In this document: positions 60,205 through 64,000 of the stretch, piece after piece
Numbering within the stretch: position 1 is the stretch's first letter
Layout: each line of letters begins with the position of its first letter
From: Rhynchopus sp. YZ270_cl-10
Lineage: Eukaryota
Direction: 5' to 3'
Length of the DNA stretch: 64,000 bases
Assembly (NCBI GenBank): GCA_964035575.1
Contig: OZ037846.1
Coordinates: forward strand, 1,178,001 to 1,242,000
Notes under the pieces: generated by a model
Database searches by the model: none
Told to the model about the DNA's origin: nothing
What the model saw: only the letters and a program-made list of their open reading frames with translations
Program-made: the position numbers and the translations under genes

Positions 60205-60628
60205 TTTTATTAAAAGACTGTTGCGGGCAGGTTTGCGGATGATTTATTTAAAAAAATCGATTTTTTGGTCAAATCCCCTCTGGTGGTGAGGGGGTGGGTA
60301 GTGTGTGTGGGTGTGGGTGGCGCACATCTCTATAGTAAAGACTAAAAAACTAAGGTTTTTTAGGATTTTGAGTACAGTGGAAACAAGCAATACAAAAAGT
60401 AGGGTGGTGGGGAGGCATCTGTTTTTTTTTTGTTTTTTTTTTTTTTGAAAACTTGGTAGTGTAGCCACCCTAGAGTGTGCTCCACTATTTTTTTTTTATT
60501 TTATTTTTTTTTTTAGGGTGAAAGTCAAATGTATACACATATACATTTGACTTATAGGCAGCACACAAGTAAAAAATCACCCCAAAAAACCCTGCCGACC
60601 CCCCCTCCGGGGGGGTCGGCAGAGTTCG

Positions 60629-60680
<52 letters not shown>

Positions 60681-60693
60681 TTTATTTTATTAA

Positions 60694-61196
60694 CACGGGT
60701 CGGGAAAGATCTTTTGTCTTTTTTTGTCTTTTTTCGAGAATCTCGGGAGAAAAAAAAAAAAAATCAAGATTTTCAGGATTTTTGTCTTTTTTTTTCAGGA
60801 TCTCTCGAGATCTTTGAGATCTTTGAAAAATCCTGAAAAAAAAAGGAAAAAAAGAGAAAAAAAGATGAAAAAGATCTTGAAAATCTTTTTTTTCTCAAAA
60901 AAAAGATAAAAAAGATTTTTGGGATTTTGAAAAATCTTTTTGGGAAAAAAAAAAAAAAAGATTTTGAAAATCTTTTTTTTTTTTTTCAAAGATTTCTCAA
61001 GATCTCGAGATTTTTCATGAAATTTCATGGATTTTTCCAGGATTTTTCAGGATTTTTTCAGGATTTTCCCAGGATTTTCAAATCTTTTCTCTTTTTTTTT
61101 TTCTCCCAAAAATCTTTTTTTTTTTTTTTTTTTCGGGAGAAGAGGATTTTTTTTCTCGAAAAAAAAAAAAAAAAAAAAGATCTTTCCCGACCCGTG
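60694..61196. mobile_element. CACGG-terminal MITE nested in the hAT, 6-bp TSD TATTAA
   Basis: TIR CACGGGTCGGGAAAGATCTTTT. Absent from the homologous position of the derivative (~930). Confidence 0.9.
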
Positions 61197-61425
61197 TATT
61201 AAGGGCTTCGCCCCGGTGGGGCGAAGCCCTGGGGCGAAATAAAAAGTAATTTTTTTAGAAAAAAATTAATTTAACGAAAAAAAATTTTTTTCGCCCCGTG
61301 GCGAACGCCCTGTTTCTTCCCAATTTTACAACCACCCACAACAGAAAGTTACAATCGTTTCTTTTGAGCTTAGCAAAAGCTTTTTTCTCTCATCCCCCTT
61401 CCCCCCAATGCAGTCACCCCCAGAG

Positions 61426-63792
61426 ATGGCAGGGGAGGAGGCGCTGTTTATCGAGCCGAACCACTACATCCAAGGCCACGATAGCAGCAGCACTGTCGTA
61501 AACAGCACTGCCAACAGCAACTACACGGCACCAGGCCGGGCGTATCTCCCGCAGGCAGGAAGCGACACCCTTCCTTCTGCTTCCCCTACTCTGTCCGACA
61601 TGCCGCATGGTGTTATCAACAGAGACGGACAGTTCTTTATTCCAATCCCGGTCCGCGAATCGCCGGAATGGGAGATCGCAGACATGCTGATAGCTGGTGT
61701 GTTCCTCTTTGCTTTATGCCACCGTATGGTTGGCCAGCTTCTCGTCTCCCCGCAATATTCTATGGCCGAGGTGCAGACCCTTGTTGGTGGTGCGGCAACT
61801 ACAGTGCAGACACTTTGGGGAGTCTTCGGCGCGTTGTACTTTGTGAAACGGTGCACTACCGAGGCTAATGCGCAGGTTGCGAAGGTGTTCGTCTATATCT
61901 TTGTTGGGCTGGCCTTCGTTGGGGTGGTGGTGTGGGCGATTGGTGCAGGGCTGCTGACGAGAAAGGAGATCGAGGAGCAGAGATACGCCACTGACGAGCT
62001 GAAAACCATTTACAACCTTACGGTGGCAGGAGAGGTGTGCCTCGTGGTGGGGTTGTTTCTGGGCGCCGCGGTTGCCTCGCTGGGGTTGCTGCACAGCTGG
62101 ACGAAGCATCGGCACTGCATCTGTATTATCTACTCTTTTGCGTTGTCCATCTTTGAATGTCTGTCGATTGTTGGGGTGCTTGGAGAGGTGCACAGCGAAT
62201 TGCCTGACCCTTCCAAAACCCTGACTGGAGCCAACCTCTGCATTGCGGGTGCTGTCTTAATCACGGTAGGTGCGCTGATCTACGTCTGTTGTGCGGTGTG
62301 CGCTTTGACCGGTCTGGCGCGTGTTTCCTCCCCTCAAGTGCTTGGTATGGTGGTGGCATCGATCGGCATGAACATTCTGCAAATTGGCGTCATGGATATG
62401 GTGTCTGACTCAGCGCTGAGTGGGTCGTCGCTCTTTGTCTTCCGTGATATGGGGCGACACACAATCCAGGTTGGTGTTCTTATTTTGATCGGAATGGCGA
62501 CCCGGCAAACGGAAGACCCCGCACCACAAAGGTTTCTTGGAAAGCAAGGGAAGCAGCAGAAGCGTGAAATCGAAGAAGGTGCTGAGCTGGCGGATATGTC
62601 CGCACAGCGCGCCCAGAGGGGGCTTGACGTGCATGGGTTCAGGAGAATGATTGAGAAGCAGCAGGAAGGGAAGACGACACGGGTCATCAACATTGGCGCG
62701 ATTGTTGCGCTTCTCCTTTCCATGCTTCTTTGGTTCGTTATTGAAGCGGCCTGGGTGCTGGAGACGTCTGACAAATCTTGGCGCCCTCAGGACTCCGTCG
62801 GAGGCAGTTTTGTCTCTATTCTTGGCGTTCTTTCCCTCATGGCTACCTTCGCAGTGAGGCTGCACTCTGGTAAAACCTCCACTGCCTTGAAGCTTCTCGC
62901 ACACAGTGGCAACGGGGTGATTCTCTGTGGGATTGTCGTGTGGGCCATCGGAAAGTACGGGATGTCCCTGCAAAATGACAGTAACTCTGACAGAGCCATC
63001 TTCGTCACGGGACAGGTCATTGGAGTCTTATTTTTGGAGTGTGCTCTGTGGCTTGCAGTGGGAGGTTTCATGCATGAGTGGAGGACCTGGCCTGCTGCAT
63101 CGTCGTTGTTGGCGCAGCTTGGGTTGGTGATGTTCTTCCTTCTCGCTGGGGCGGTGGGGAGCTTGGACATGGATACAGGGTACTGGTACTACGATTCATC
63201 AGCAGGTCTGACAGTGCGTCGCATTGGTGGTGGCTGTGTTGCAGGGGCAGCTTTGATGCTTGCAATCCTCTCTGGTGTGATGTGCGCGTCTTCGTACAGG
63301 TTTGCGAAGTCGGTGGCGGTCTTCTCAGGGATGGGGGTGAACGGAGTGATTGTCTACGCCATTGGCCAGGGGATGTACATGGACGACTCCTGGGAGAGAA
63401 ACCCGACCTCCCTCAGAACCATGTTTGGCGGTGAGCTTGCCACTGCAATTCTCTTCGTCTTCGCAGGCATGCTCATCACCGTGGCTGCCCTCAGGACTCC
63501 ACTTGAAGCGCTGCAGACCAAAACCTCAGTACCCAAAGTGCATATGATTGAAGGGAAGCCCTACATCATTCGGAATGGAGTTCCGGTGGCGTGTCAGGTG
63601 CAGGGAGGTGGTGGAGGTGGTGGAGGAGGAATGCCGAACCAAATGCAGCAAGGCAACCAAATGTCGATGGAGGAGGTACAGCAGCAGAGACAACAACAAC
63701 AGCAGCGGCAGCAGCAACAGCAGGCTATGATGCAGCAGGAACAGGCCATAGCGCAGCAGGAGAAGAGCTTGCAGCAACAGAAGATGCGGCTG

Positions 63793-63824
<32 letters not shown>

Positions 63825-64000
63825 GCAGATGCAGATGCAACAACAGCAGCATCAGCAACAGTACGTGACCCAGCAGACGTACCCATCACCACAGCAGCAG
63901 CGTCAAGTCAAGACCATGGCCCCGCCCGGGCCCCGTGCAGCATCTCAGTCCCACAGCTCCCCAGGTGGTGTTGTCGTGGAAGGTCCGACAGATGGTGCCA
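61426..64000 (+). CDS. Polytopic membrane protein of unknown family with Gln-rich C-terminal region; runs off the window (alternative ATG at 61408)
   Basis: Manual translation from MAGEEALFIEPNHY gives an open frame toward the window end. It is absent from the ORF track, presumably for lack of a stop. Many hydrophobic segments in two blocks, then poly-Q at ~63680-63900. Confidence 0.85.

Larger units (their letters stand above)
57406..61312 (-). mobile_element. Full-length, apparently autonomous hAT transposon
   Basis: TIR CAGGGCGTTCGC, perfect 8-bp TSD TTTCTTCC (57398-57405 and 61313-61320), intact transposase. Confidence 0.95.

Overview
Eukaryotic nuclear DNA, probably from a euglenozoan such as a diplonemid. 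This is inferred from intronless co-oriented genes, C/CA-rich acceptor-like tracts before the starts, and a 28S rRNA fragment with a euglenozoan-like helix. Host genes, all on +: three tandem paralogs of a signal peptide-DOMON-ferric reductase (FRE/NOX-type flavocytochrome), two with one DOMON and one with four; an 1880-aa kinesin; and the 5' part of a polytopic membrane protein with a poly-Q tail. About half the window is DNA transposons, many with ends and target-site duplications (TSDs) I could read directly. These include an intact canonical hAT (8-bp TSD) plus a deletion derivative, PIF/Harbinger-like MITEs (TAA/TTA TSD), 2-bp-TSD MITEs, and microsatellites expanded inside non-autonomous elements. 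Two systems stand out. (1) Trains of TAGG...CCTA long-TIR elements insert only into poly-C tracts and regenerate them, apparently with an ~10-11-bp TSD. (2) A family of CAY-terminal elements has 6-bp NNWWNN TSDs; its only coding member is an intron-containing hAT-like transposase with D in place of the third catalytic E, and three members sit in the CCTAGG junctions created by system 1.
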